Source: an uncultured Chloroflexia bacterium | Lineage (GTDB): Bacteria; Chloroflexota; Limnocylindria; Limnocylindrales; CSP1-4 | DNA length: 64,000 nt | NCBI GenBank assembly: GCA_963712745.1 | Contig: CAVQJC010000006.1 | Coordinates: 224,001-288,000 of the forward strand | Direction: 5' to 3' | Program-made: the position numbers and the translations under genes | Shown here: positions 9,418-19,321 of the stretch, piece by piece | How the letters are laid out: each line of letters begins with the position of its first letter | Numbering within the stretch: position 1 is the stretch's first letter | Notes under the pieces: model-generated | What the model was told of the DNA's origin: nothing | Seen by the model: only the letters and a program-made list of their open reading frames with translations | The model's database searches: none

Positions 9418-10698
9418 ATGGACATCGCCATCATCGGAGGGGGCGTCAGTGGACTGTCTGCCGCGTGGGCCCTGCACCGGGACCACCACATCCGACTGTT
9501 CGAGCGCGAGCTGCAGCCGGGCGGCCACGTCAAGACCGTGACTGTGCCGACCGCGAGCGGCCCCGTCAACGTCGATACCGGCTTCATCGTCTACAACGAG
9601 CCGACCTACCCCTACCTGACAGCCCTCTTCGAGGAGCTCGGCATCGAGACGCAGGCCACGGAGATGACCCTCGGCCATGCATGCAAGGCGTGCGGACTGG
9701 AGTTCGGCTCGCGGCGTCCGTCAAGCATGTTCGCCCAGCCCGATGCCCTGGCGCGGCCGTCGCACTGGCGCATGATCGCGGACATCCGCCGCTTCTACTC
9801 CGTCGCCCGTGAGAGGCTTGACGCCGACGTGTGGACGCGCGAGACGCTCGCCGAATTCCTCGAGGCCGGTGGCTACGGCAACGCTTTCCGCAACCACTTC
9901 CTGGTACCGGTCGTCTCGGCCGTGTGGTCGACCTCTGCCGCCGAGATCATGGACTTCCCGGTCGACTACCTGCTGCGCTTCCTCGACAACCACGGGCTCA
10001 TCGGGTTCGGCAACGGCAAGCCCTGGCGCACCGTCGTCGGTGGCTCGATGACCTACGTCGAGCGCATCATCGAGCGTCTGCCGAACGATGCCCTCGTGGC
10101 GGGCGATCCGGTCGTGGACATCCGTCGAGACGCCGAGGGCGTGACCGTGACCACCCTGTCCGAGCGCACCGAGCGTTTCGACGCGGTCATCATGGCCACG
10201 CACGCCGATGTCGCCCTCACCTTGCTCAACGATGCCGACAAGGCCGAGCGAGAAGCCCTGGGGCTCTTCGAGTACACCACCAACCAGGTCGTGCTCCATA
10301 CCGACGAGTCGGTCCTGCCCCGGCGCGCACGCGCACGCGGCTCGTGGAATGTCGATACCGTGGACTGCCGCATCCCCGGGGAGCAGCTCATGATGAGCTA
10401 CTGGATGAACAGCCTCCAGCGTCTGGACACGAAGGAGCAGTACATCACCTCGGTCAACCCCGGCGACCAGATCCCCGATGAGAAGGTCATCGTCTCTCGT
10501 CCGATGTCGCACCCCAAGTACACCTTCGACACGCTCGACGGCCAGGCGACCCTGGGCAAGCTCCAGGGCCACCGCCGCACGTTCTACGCCGGCGCCCACC
10601 TTGGGTACGGGTTCCACGAGGACGGCTGTCGATCGGGGTTCCAGGCCGCGGAGTTGGCCGCTGCCATCGAGCCGGCTGCGCTCGAGGTGGCGGCGTGA
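9418..10698 (+). CDS. FAD-dependent oxidoreductase (amine-oxidase-like, usually linked to DUF1365 and cfa)
   Basis: IIGGGVSGL, VDTGFIVYNEPTYP, GYGFHEDG. Confidence 0.9.
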   Translation: MDIAIIGGGVSGLSAAWALHRDHHIRLFERELQPGGHVKTVTVPTASGPVNVDTGFIVYNEPTYPYLTALFEELGIETQATEMTLGHACKACGLEFGSRRPSSMFAQPDALARPSHWRMIADIRRFYSVARERLDADVWTRETLAEFLEAGGYGNAFRNHFLVPVVSAVWSTSAAEIMDFPVDYLLRFLDNHGLIGFGNGKPWRTVVGGSMTYVERIIERLPNDALVAGDPVVDIRRDAEGVTVTTLSERTERFDAVIMATHADVALTLLNDADKAEREALGLFEYTTNQVVLHTDESVLPRRARARGSWNVDTVDCRIPGEQLMMSYWMNSLQRLDTKEQYITSVNPGDQIPDEKVIVSRPMSHPKYTFDTLDGQATLGKLQGHRRTFYAGAHLGYGFHEDGCRSGFQAAELAAAIEPAALEVAA

Positions 10699-11444
10699 AC
10701 GACCTGAGGTCACACCTGCTCACGGGCAAGGTGCGCCATCGCCGCACACAGCCCAGACCCTATGAGCTCGAGCACGACGTCTTCTACCTGGCGCTCGACC
10801 TCGACGAGATCGATGAAGCGGCCCGGCGCCTGCGCCTGTTCAGCCGCAACCGTTTCAACGCCCTGACCCTGCGTGACCGCGACCACTGGCTGCCCGAGGC
10901 GAGCGACCTCCGGTCTTCAGCCCTCGAGCACCTCCGCGAGGAGGGCTTCGACCCGGACGGTTGGCGCATCACGTTCATCGCCACCCCCCGGGTGCTGGGC
11001 TACCAGTTCAACCCGGCCAGCTTCTATCTCTGTCGGGACGAGCAAGGCTTGATGCAGGTCGTCATCATCGAGGTCCACAACACGCATCACGAGCGGCGCC
11101 TGTATACGCTGCGGCCGCAGCGGCAGGGCAAGGCCTGGGTGGATAGCATGGACAAGGACTTCTACGTCTCCCCCTTCATCGACATGGACGCGCGCTATAC
11201 GGTTCGGGTGCAGGACGACCCGGACCGAGTGCGCATCGCCATCACCGAGACCGAGCATGGTGAGCCAGTGCTGACGGCCACGCTGGTGGCCGAGCGCAAG
11301 CGCCTGACCGACCGGAACCTCCTGCGCACGCTGATGCACGTCCCGCTGGCCACGCAGAAGACGATCGTGGCCATCCACCTGCACGCCTGGCGCATGTGGC
11401 GCCGCGGGTTCAGCTTCCGACGACACTCCCAGACGGCCCCATGA
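10695..11444 (+). CDS. DUF1365 family protein
   Basis: VRHRR, PRVLGYQFNPASFY, EVHNT, KDFYVSPF. Confidence 0.9.
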   Translation: MNDLRSHLLTGKVRHRRTQPRPYELEHDVFYLALDLDEIDEAARRLRLFSRNRFNALTLRDRDHWLPEASDLRSSALEHLREEGFDPDGWRITFIATPRVLGYQFNPASFYLCRDEQGLMQVVIIEVHNTHHERRLYTLRPQRQGKAWVDSMDKDFYVSPFIDMDARYTVRVQDDPDRVRIAITETEHGEPVLTATLVAERKRLTDRNLLRTLMHVPLATQKTIVAIHLHAWRMWRRGFSFRRHSQTAP

Positions 11445-12682
11445 GCGCGCCGACCGTCTCGAGCAGGGCGGCCACTCCGGTCGACTCCCTCCTCACCCGG
11501 CTCGCGGGACGGATCGCCCTCTCGGCCGCTTCGCGGCTGCAGGTCGGCCGCCTCACGGTCCAGCTGCCCGATGGCTCTCGGCGCGTATTCGGCGACGTCG
11601 ACTCTGACCTGAGCGGCGAGATGCATATCCACGACGCCGAAGCGTTGCAGCGCCTGCTGATCGGTGGCGAGGTCGGCGGTGGTGAGGCCTACATGGACGG
11701 CCTGTGGTCCAGCCCCGACCTCGTCGGACTCATCTCGCTGGCCGTCGCCAACCGCCATGCGCTGGCCCTGTCCAAGGGCTGGTGGCGGCTTCCGGCCAAG
11801 GCCGCCCGGACCGTCTCCCACCGCCGTAACCGCAACACCAGGTCGGGCTCGAAGCGCAACATCACCGCCCACTACGACCTGGGTAACGACTTCTACCGCC
11901 TCTGGCTCGATGAGACGATGACCTACTCGTCCGCGGTCTTCGAATCGCCCCACCAGTCCCTGGCCGAGGCGCAGCGCAACAAGTACCGGGCGATGGCTGT
12001 ACGGGCCGGCCTCGAACGCGGCCAGCACGTGCTTGAGATCGGTACCGGCTGGGGCGGGTTCGCCCTGTACGCGGCAGGTGAGCTCGGCGCCCGAGTCACC
12101 AGCGTGACCATCTCGCAGGCGCAGCACGACCTTGCGCGCGAGCGGATACGCGAAGCGGGACTCGATGACAGGGTCACCGTAGAGCTGCGGGACTACCGCG
12201 ACATCCGCGGCGAGTACGACGCGGTCGTATCCATCGAGATGCTCGAGGCCGTCGGGGCCGAGTACTACCGGGACTACTTCGAGGCTCTCGCGACAGCGCT
12301 CAAGCCGGGTGGCCGGGCCAGCATCCAGGTCATCACCTTCCCGCACGACGCCTACCAGGCCCAGCTCCGCAGCGCCAACTGGATCCAGCGCTACATCTTC
12401 CCGGGCGGCGTGCTGCCCTCGCTGGCGGCCATCGAATCGTCGCTGGAGGGCACAGGCCTCCTGCTCACTGACGTCCGCGACATCCGCGACAGCTATGCCC
12501 TCACGCTCAAGACGTGGCGGGAGCGATTCTTCGAGCACATCGCCGAGGTCCGGGCAATGGGCTTCGACGACCGTTTCATCAGGATGTGGGACTACTACCT
12601 CTCGATCAGCGAAGCCGGCTTCCGCACGGGCATGACCCAGGACCTGCAGATCGCCTTCGAGAAGAGCCGCGGCCGGCCGTAG
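11441..12682 (+). CDS. cfa: Cyclopropane-fatty-acyl-phospholipid synthase family methyltransferase
   Basis: NITAHYDLGNDFY, MTYSSA, VLEIGTGWG, SIEMLEAVG, YIFPGG. Confidence 0.9.
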   Translation: MSAPTVSSRAATPVDSLLTRLAGRIALSAASRLQVGRLTVQLPDGSRRVFGDVDSDLSGEMHIHDAEALQRLLIGGEVGGGEAYMDGLWSSPDLVGLISLAVANRHALALSKGWWRLPAKAARTVSHRRNRNTRSGSKRNITAHYDLGNDFYRLWLDETMTYSSAVFESPHQSLAEAQRNKYRAMAVRAGLERGQHVLEIGTGWGGFALYAAGELGARVTSVTISQAQHDLARERIREAGLDDRVTVELRDYRDIRGEYDAVVSIEMLEAVGAEYYRDYFEALATALKPGGRASIQVITFPHDAYQAQLRSANWIQRYIFPGGVLPSLAAIESSLEGTGLLLTDVRDIRDSYALTLKTWRERFFEHIAEVRAMGFDDRFIRMWDYYLSISEAGFRTGMTQDLQIAFEKSRGRP

Positions 12683-12703
12683 GCCAAGAAGGAATCGGAT
12701 CGT

Positions 12704-14173
12704 ATGCGCATCCTCATCGTCGGTGCCAGCGGCTATGTCGGTGGGCGCCTGGTGGCCTTGCTCGCCGCCCAAGGCCATCACCTGCGACTCGCCAGCCGCG
12801 ACCCTCGGGGGCTGAAGGAACGCTTCCCCGGTAGCGACGTCGTACGCGTCGACCTGCTCGACCCAGACACGCTGGCGCCGGCGCTCGAGGACGTGGACAC
12901 CGCCTACTACCTGGCCCACTCGATGGCCGGCGGCGAGGCCGATTTCGCCATGCGCGACCTGCGTGCGGCCCGCTGGTTCGGCCAGGCAGCCCGGGAGGCC
13001 GGCGTCGGACACGTCGTCTATCTGGGGGGCCTCGGCGACCCCGACAGCGGGCTTTCGCCGCACCTGGCCAGCCGCCAGGAGGTCGGAGCCGAGCTGGCCG
13101 CGCACGGCGTGCCGGTCACCGAGTTCAGGGCGGCGGTCATCATCGGCTCGGGCAGCGCGTCCTTCGAACTGCTGCGCAGCCTCGTCGAGCATCTACCGGT
13201 CATGGTCACGCCGCGCTGGGTGCGGACCCTCTGTCAGCCCATCGCCATCCGCGACGTGCTCGACTACCTGGTCGCGGCCGCGAATCATCCGGAGCGCGTC
13301 GGCGTGGTCGAGATCGGCGGGCCGGACGTGATCTCCTACGCGGAGATGATGAACACCTACGCCCGGCTTCGCGACATGCGCAGGCTGATGATCCCGGTGC
13401 CGGTGCTGACCCCGCGTCTCAGCTCCTACTGGTGCAGCCTGGTCACGCCGATCCCGAGCTCCATCGCACGACCGCTCATCGAGGGCTTGCGCAACGAGGT
13501 CGTCGTGCGTCATCCCGAGCCGGCAAGCGCGTTCGGCCTGGAGACCACGCCCTTCGAGACGGCGGTGCGCCGGGCCATCGACCGCAGGGACCGCCACGAC
13601 GTCGAGACCACCTGGTTCGACTCCCTCGGGCTGCCGGGTCGGCCCGACCTCGACCAGGATGCGAACCGCGAGGGCATGATGCTCGACCGTCAACGCCGCC
13701 GGGTGCGCGCGACCGCGCATGACACATTCGTCCAGATCGAGCGGCTCGGCGGGAGGGCGGGCTGGCCCTACGGCAACGCTCTCTGGCGCGTGCGCGGGTG
13801 GCTGGACCGGATGGTGGGAGGCCCGGGCATGCGACTCGGTCGGCGCGACCCGCGACACGTCCGCGTCGGCGATGCCGTGGACTTCTGGCGCGTCGAAGAG
13901 GTGCGGCCCGATGAGCTGCTGCGGCTGCGTGCCGAGATGCGCGTCCCCGGCCGGGCCTGGCTTCAGTACGAGGTCAGCGAGGATGGCGACGACGGCTGCA
14001 GGCTCGTGCAGACGGCCTTCTTCGAACCGCGCGGCCTCAGTGGTCGGCTCTACTGGTACCTCCTTCTCCCGGCCCACCTGTTCATCTTCCGCGGTTCCAT
14101 CCGCGAGCTCGCCCGCCGGGCCGAGCGTGCTGCCGCGGGCGTGGACCGGGGATCAGCCGCGGGCCGTGGCTGA
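12704..14173 (+). CDS. Atypical SDR with C-terminal DUF2867 (YbjT-like)
   Basis: GASGYVG, RAAVIIGSGSASFE, VGDAVDFWRV, AEMRVPGRAWL. Confidence 0.85.
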   Translation: MRILIVGASGYVGGRLVALLAAQGHHLRLASRDPRGLKERFPGSDVVRVDLLDPDTLAPALEDVDTAYYLAHSMAGGEADFAMRDLRAARWFGQAAREAGVGHVVYLGGLGDPDSGLSPHLASRQEVGAELAAHGVPVTEFRAAVIIGSGSASFELLRSLVEHLPVMVTPRWVRTLCQPIAIRDVLDYLVAAANHPERVGVVEIGGPDVISYAEMMNTYARLRDMRRLMIPVPVLTPRLSSYWCSLVTPIPSSIARPLIEGLRNEVVVRHPEPASAFGLETTPFETAVRRAIDRRDRHDVETTWFDSLGLPGRPDLDQDANREGMMLDRQRRRVRATAHDTFVQIERLGGRAGWPYGNALWRVRGWLDRMVGGPGMRLGRRDPRHVRVGDAVDFWRVEEVRPDELLRLRAEMRVPGRAWLQYEVSEDGDDGCRLVQTAFFEPRGLSGRLYWYLLLPAHLFIFRGSIRELARRAERAAAGVDRGSAAGRG

Positions 14174-15538
14174 CTTGAAGGCGGCCAGGGCACGCTCTCG
14201 GCCTACAGCCAGGTCGACGATGGGCGAGGGGTAGTCGGCGACCGGTTCAGGTGACTCCCACGGCGCGTGTACGTAGGCCGAGGGCACGTCCGCGAGCTCC
14301 GCTACCCAGCGCCTCACCCATGCGCCTTCCGAATCGAACCGCTGACCCTGGCGCACGGGGTTGAAGATGCGGAACCAGGGCTGCGCGTCCGCACCCACGC
14401 CGGCAGTCCACTGCCAGCCGCCGCGGTTGTTGGCCACGTCCCCGTCGATGAGGTGGCGCATGAAGTGACGCTCGCCGATGCGATAGTCCATGAGCAGGTG
14501 CCGGGTGAGGAACGAGGCCACCACCAGCCGCGCGCGATTGCTGAGCCAACCGGTCCCGGCCAGCTGACGCATACCCGCATCCACGACCGGCACACCGGTC
14601 CGTCCCTCGCGCCAGGCAGCGACCGCGTCCGGGTCCTCGGCCTCGGAGCGGAAGGCAGACATCAGCGGCGAGGCGGGGGGCGCCCCAGCCTCGCGACGGT
14701 GGAAGAGATGGTGGTGGTAGAACTCGCGCCACGCCACCTGGCGCACGAACGGTGTCGCGTCGGCCGCGGCCTCCAGGGCCGCGTTCTCGACCTGCAGCGG
14801 GGAGAGCGTCCCGAAGTGCAGATCGGCACCCAGATGGGACGACCCCTCCCCGTGCAGCACGTCCCGCCGCGATCCATAGTCGTTGAGGCCGTCCGCCACC
14901 CACGACGCGAGCCGGTCGTGGGCAGCAGCTTCGCCGGGGCCGGGCAACCCGGCCAGCGGTGCCGGGTCAGTGGGCGGAGCCGACGGCGCTGCTAGGACCT
15001 CCAGCGGCGTCGGGATGTGCATCGGCTCACTCGCCATCGCCCGACGGGGCACCCGCTGCAGGGTCTTCCAGAACGGGGTGAAGACGCCGTAGGGCCGGCC
15101 GGACGCGGTCAGCACCGTCTCCGGCTCCGCCAGCAGCAGGCCCGACCGAAGGCCGAGGCGCCGACCGTCGTGCTCGAGAGCGGCCGCCACCGCCCCGTCG
15201 CGCAGGTGGCTGAAGGGCGTCACGTCACGGGCGGCGAGGACTACATCAGCACCGATCTCGCGAGCGACCTGGGGTACGACCATCGCCGGGTCCCCACGCC
15301 GCAGGAGCAGGCCGCTACCCCTCGCCCGCAGCGAAGCATCAAGCTCGGCCAGCGAGCGATGGAGGAACCAGGTACGCGCGGGCGACCTGGCCACGAGGCG
15401 GTCGTCGAGCACGAACAGCGGCACCACCACGCGGGCTTGCGCGACGGCTTCGACCAGGGCCGGATTGTCCGCTGTGCGCAGGTCGCGCCGGAACCACACG
15501 ATGGCGGTCGACCATCGCCGTGCCGGGTCGATGCCCAT
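14153..15538 (-). CDS. phrB: DNA photolyase / cryptochrome family (class I CPD-like)
   Basis: VWFRRDLRTADNPAL, WREFY, GRTGVPVVDAGMRQL, NRARLVVASFL, GGWQW, FRIFNP. Confidence 0.9.
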   Translation of the reverse strand: MGIDPARRWSTAIVWFRRDLRTADNPALVEAVAQARVVVPLFVLDDRLVARSPARTWFLHRSLAELDASLRARGSGLLLRRGDPAMVVPQVAREIGADVVLAARDVTPFSHLRDGAVAAALEHDGRRLGLRSGLLLAEPETVLTASGRPYGVFTPFWKTLQRVPRRAMASEPMHIPTPLEVLAAPSAPPTDPAPLAGLPGPGEAAAHDRLASWVADGLNDYGSRRDVLHGEGSSHLGADLHFGTLSPLQVENAALEAAADATPFVRQVAWREFYHHHLFHRREAGAPPASPLMSAFRSEAEDPDAVAAWREGRTGVPVVDAGMRQLAGTGWLSNRARLVVASFLTRHLLMDYRIGERHFMRHLIDGDVANNRGGWQWTAGVGADAQPWFRIFNPVRQGQRFDSEGAWVRRWVAELADVPSAYVHAPWESPEPVADYPSPIVDLAVGRERALAAFKSATARG

Positions 15539-15563
15539 CGTTGGCTCCTTTCGTGTCGAACGT

Positions 15564-15657
15564 TGTACAAGCGCAGAAAACATTGTACAACCCCTTGACA
15601 CTCGGCGCCGGTACTCCTAGTATCGTCCTTGTACAAACCATGTACATATCAAGGACA
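15564..15657. promoter_or_regulatory. Divergent promoter with CarH-type repeats
   Basis: TGTACA 15564; TGTACA 15584 and TTGACA 15595; TGTACA 15630, TGTACA 15641, AGGACA 15652; TTGACA-17 bp-TAGTAT (15618) promoter on +. Confidence 0.75.
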
Positions 15658-15662
15658 GCCTG

Positions 15663-17102
15663 ATGACGAAGCACATCCTGAACAGCACCCACACCATCTC
15701 GGCCGATATCGATCGCGTCTGGGACTTCTTCTCCCGCGCCGAGAACCTGGGGCGCATCACGCCACGTTCGATGAGCTTCGACATCCATACGCCCGAGCCC
15801 TCGACGAAGACCGGAGCGACCATCGACTACACGGTGCGACCGCTCTTCGGTATCCCGACCTCGTGGCGCACCCTCATCGACGACGTCGACGCCCCGCACC
15901 GCTTTCGCGACATCCAGGAGAAGGGCCCCTACAAGACGTGGGTCCACGAACACCGGTTCGCAGAGGTCGAGGGCGGTGTCCGCATGGACGACCGCGTCGA
16001 GTACGAGATGCCCTTCGGGCCTCTGGGCTCGCTGGCGCATCGGCTGGCCGTTCGGGCCCAGCTCCAGCACGTCTTCGACTTCCGGACCTCAGCCATCGAC
16101 AACATCTTCGAACCCCCTGGTGACCCCGACAGTGCGACTCCCGGCACCATCGCGGTCGCGGGCGGGACTGGGTTCGTGGGCGGCGAGATCGCCCGAGAGC
16201 TGCGCCGCCGCGGGCGCCTCGTCAAGGTCCTCTCCTCCCGAGGCGAGGGCGCCCGGGGCCAGCTCCCTGATGACGTCGAGATCGTCAAGGCCGATGTGCG
16301 CGACCCCGAAGGCCTGAAGAAGGCACTCGCGGGTGTCGACGAGCTGGTCATCTCGCTGGCCTTCCCCGGCTTGCCCGTAGAGCAACCCTCCAAGGGCTTC
16401 ACCTTCGAGGAAGTGGACGCAGCCGGCACCGAGCGGCTCATCGAGGCCGCCAAGTCCGCGGGCGTCTCGCGCGCCCTCTACATCTCCGGGGCCGGTGCGG
16501 GTCACGATGCGGACAAGCACTGGTTCCGCTCCAAGGCGCGGGCGGAAGACGCGATCCGTGGGTCGGGTCTGGGCTGGACCATCATCCGTCCGACCTGGGT
16601 CTTCGGCCCAGGCGACGTCTCCTTGAACCGTTTCCTCGGCTTCGCCCGGGCCCTGCCCTTCGTGCCCATGACCAACTTCGGGCGGCAGCAGCTGGCGCCG
16701 GTGTTCGTCCGCGACGTGGCTACGTTGGCTGCCGACTCACTGGAACAGGAAGCGGCGAACGAGCAAGTCTTCGAACTGGGTGGGCCCGAGACACTGTCGA
16801 TGCGCGAGATCCTGCACCGGGCGATGGCGGTCGCCGGGATGCACAAGCCCCTGCTGCCGGCACCGGCGGCCATGGTCAAGCTCGCCGCCTGGCCGATGCG
16901 CTTCCTTCCGAATCCGCCCTTGAGTCCCGATGCGGTCGACTTCGTGAACCAGCCCGCGACCGTGGACATCGAACCCCTGCTTGCGAGGATGCCCAGGACA
17001 CTGACCACGCTCGAGGACGGCCTGGCCACCTACCTCGGTCCCGATCACTCGGACGTGTCCATCTCCGATTCGGTCAACGGGGAGGTGCCTGTCACCGCCT
17101 GA
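15663..17102 (+). CDS. SRPBCC domain fused to NAD(P)-binding NDUFA9-like epimerase domain
   Basis: N-terminal VWDFFSRAENLGRITP...GPYKTWVHEHRF; C-terminal AGGTGFVG, WTIIRPTWVFG. Confidence 0.85.
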   Translation: MTKHILNSTHTISADIDRVWDFFSRAENLGRITPRSMSFDIHTPEPSTKTGATIDYTVRPLFGIPTSWRTLIDDVDAPHRFRDIQEKGPYKTWVHEHRFAEVEGGVRMDDRVEYEMPFGPLGSLAHRLAVRAQLQHVFDFRTSAIDNIFEPPGDPDSATPGTIAVAGGTGFVGGEIARELRRRGRLVKVLSSRGEGARGQLPDDVEIVKADVRDPEGLKKALAGVDELVISLAFPGLPVEQPSKGFTFEEVDAAGTERLIEAAKSAGVSRALYISGAGAGHDADKHWFRSKARAEDAIRGSGLGWTIIRPTWVFGPGDVSLNRFLGFARALPFVPMTNFGRQQLAPVFVRDVATLAADSLEQEAANEQVFELGGPETLSMREILHRAMAVAGMHKPLLPAPAAMVKLAAWPMRFLPNPPLSPDAVDFVNQPATVDIEPLLARMPRTLTTLEDGLATYLGPDHSDVSISDSVNGEVPVTA

Positions 17103-17122
17103 GCCGCGACAGGACCACCGCC

Positions 17123-19321
17123 ATGATCGAAGTCCCCCTTAGCTACGACGGTGCGCGCCGCCCGAACCCCTCCCTCGAGTGGTATCGGAGCCCTGCGAGA
17201 CCGGCCCTCCAGGTCGCTTCTGCACTCGACCGGGTGCGGCGCGCATCGGCCATCCTGCCAGCGACGCGACTCCTGCCTGACGTCCTCCACGCGGTCGATG
17301 AGGCTGTGCGGCAAGGTATCGCGGCGCAGTCAGTCCTAGCCCCTCTCCTCGAGGCCGTCGCTGACGTGCGAGACACGGTCACCGGGCTAGCCGCGGTCCA
17401 CGCGCTGGCTCGTGTGCCCGGCCCTGAAGCCCAGACAGAGCTGGCGAGACTGCTGCTCGCGTCCTCGCCTGGCTTCGCCGAGCATGCAGCGTGGTCGCTG
17501 TCGCACCGACCCGCGAGCAGTTGGCTGGCCGCTCCGCTAGCGGCCTCTGTCGCGCGCGGTGGCGTCCTCGGCATGCACGCCCAGCAGGCCCTGGCCCGCT
17601 GGGCCGAGCGAGACCCCGACGTCGTCGTCGCAGCCCTCGCCGACGTCCTGGGCGAGACGGTCGCCAGTGACGAGCGCCGCTACCTGACCGAGACCGTGGG
17701 CCTCGTGCCCGGGGCTCGGGCAAGTCGCTTACTCACCCGTGTCGGGAGCGATCCCGATGAAGCCGCAGAGGTACGCAACACGGCCGTCGGGGCCTTCACA
17801 GAGCGCCTTGATGAGCGGCTGCCTGCCCTCTTCACGCGCCCAGGCCGGCTCGACGGCGAGCTCGTCGAAGCCCTCCGAGCCGTGCGTGCCCAGCGCCGGT
17901 TGATCCGCCGCGGGCCGCGACTCGCCGACCAGCGCCACCAAGGACTCCGCGTCGCGCACATCCACCTCGGGGAGGCCGGGGGTCTGGCTACCCTTCTGCC
18001 CCAGCTGGGACGTCACTTGAGCGACCGACCGCGAGTAGCGGAGACGATCACCGTGCTGCGGGCGAATGAGACGGCGGAACCGTTGACGAGCATCGACTCG
18101 GGCCACCGGCTCGAGCGTGTACGACTGGAACCGGGCGAGGGCGCGACCTTCGCCAGTCGCTGGCCATCACTGGTGGCGGCCCGGCGGGGCATCCGAGCTG
18201 CCTTCCTCGCTGGCTATCGCCCAGACGTAGTCCACCTGCGGATGGCCGATCCGGGCAGCCTCGCCGGTGCGATGGTCGCACGCGAGCTGGGGGTGCCGAT
18301 GGTCTTCACCCTCGCGGCCGACCCCCACAGTCATGTCGTTGCCGCCGAATCGGCGGGGAGACTCGACCGTCGCTCGTTCGCCGCTGAAGACGCGCGCGGT
18401 GCCTTGTGGCTTCGAACCAGCCTGGTCGGCCGTCTCGCGGCCGAGGCGCGAGAGCTGGCGGTGTTCCCCAGGCCTGACGTGAGGGGCCAGCTGAAGGATC
18501 TCACCGGTATCGCCATCGACGCCGGGCGGCCCCGCAGCGTGGTGGTCGCCGAGGGCGTGGACACTGCACGGGCAGACGAGGCCAGCGCCACCCTCGAGAA
18601 AGCACGGGAGATGCCGCCGGTCATCGGCGATCTGCAGCAGGCGGTAAGCCGGCTGCCCGCGGAGCGTCGCGGCCTGCCCCTCGTAACCAGCGTAGGGCGG
18701 CTGCATGAGGCCAAGGGCATGGCCCGTCTCGTCGAGGCCTTCGCCGTCGACGCTGAGCTCGCAGCCCGAGCCAATCTGGTGATCGTCGGAGGCAACCTCC
18801 GACATCCGTCCGCCGCCGAGGCCGGAGAGTTGACGCGCATCAGGCATCTCTTCGACCGCTACCCCGGTCTGCAGGATCGTGTCGTTCTCCTGGGCCACCG
18901 CTCGCACGAGGAGGTCGCTCTCGTCCTCGCCGCCACCAGGGCCGGCTGGGGCTCGCTCATCGCTCCGGCCGGCGCGTATGCCTGCGCCAGTGCCAAGGAG
19001 GAGTTCGGGCTCGCCATCGTCGAGGCCATGGCTGCCGGCCTGCCGGTCACCGCTCCCCTGCGAGGTGGACCCAGCACGTACGTCACGGTGGGGCTCGACG
19101 GGTATCTCGCGGATACCCTCCAGTCCCCGGAGATCGCGACATCCGTCCGCGCCACGCTGGACCTGGCGGCCGATCCAGAGACCGCGCGCCGGACGCGGGC
19201 GGCCGTGGAGAAGCGCTACACGGTCGAGCGGATGGCACGCACCCTCAGCGCCGTCTATCGCGTCACGGCCGGCGCCTCCACCCTGGCCCTGCCCGTCTCG
19301 GTGGAGGCCGTGGCGCCATGA
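17123..19321 (+). CDS. GT4 glycosyltransferase with N-terminal helical (HEAT-like) region
   Basis: SVGRLHEAKG, EEFGLAIVEAMAAGLPV. Confidence 0.85.
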   Translation: MIEVPLSYDGARRPNPSLEWYRSPARPALQVASALDRVRRASAILPATRLLPDVLHAVDEAVRQGIAAQSVLAPLLEAVADVRDTVTGLAAVHALARVPGPEAQTELARLLLASSPGFAEHAAWSLSHRPASSWLAAPLAASVARGGVLGMHAQQALARWAERDPDVVVAALADVLGETVASDERRYLTETVGLVPGARASRLLTRVGSDPDEAAEVRNTAVGAFTERLDERLPALFTRPGRLDGELVEALRAVRAQRRLIRRGPRLADQRHQGLRVAHIHLGEAGGLATLLPQLGRHLSDRPRVAETITVLRANETAEPLTSIDSGHRLERVRLEPGEGATFASRWPSLVAARRGIRAAFLAGYRPDVVHLRMADPGSLAGAMVARELGVPMVFTLAADPHSHVVAAESAGRLDRRSFAAEDARGALWLRTSLVGRLAAEARELAVFPRPDVRGQLKDLTGIAIDAGRPRSVVVAEGVDTARADEASATLEKAREMPPVIGDLQQAVSRLPAERRGLPLVTSVGRLHEAKGMARLVEAFAVDAELAARANLVIVGGNLRHPSAAEAGELTRIRHLFDRYPGLQDRVVLLGHRSHEEVALVLAATRAGWGSLIAPAGAYACASAKEEFGLAIVEAMAAGLPVTAPLRGGPSTYVTVGLDGYLADTLQSPEIATSVRATLDLAADPETARRTRAAVEKRYTVERMARTLSAVYRVTAGASTLALPVSVEAVAP

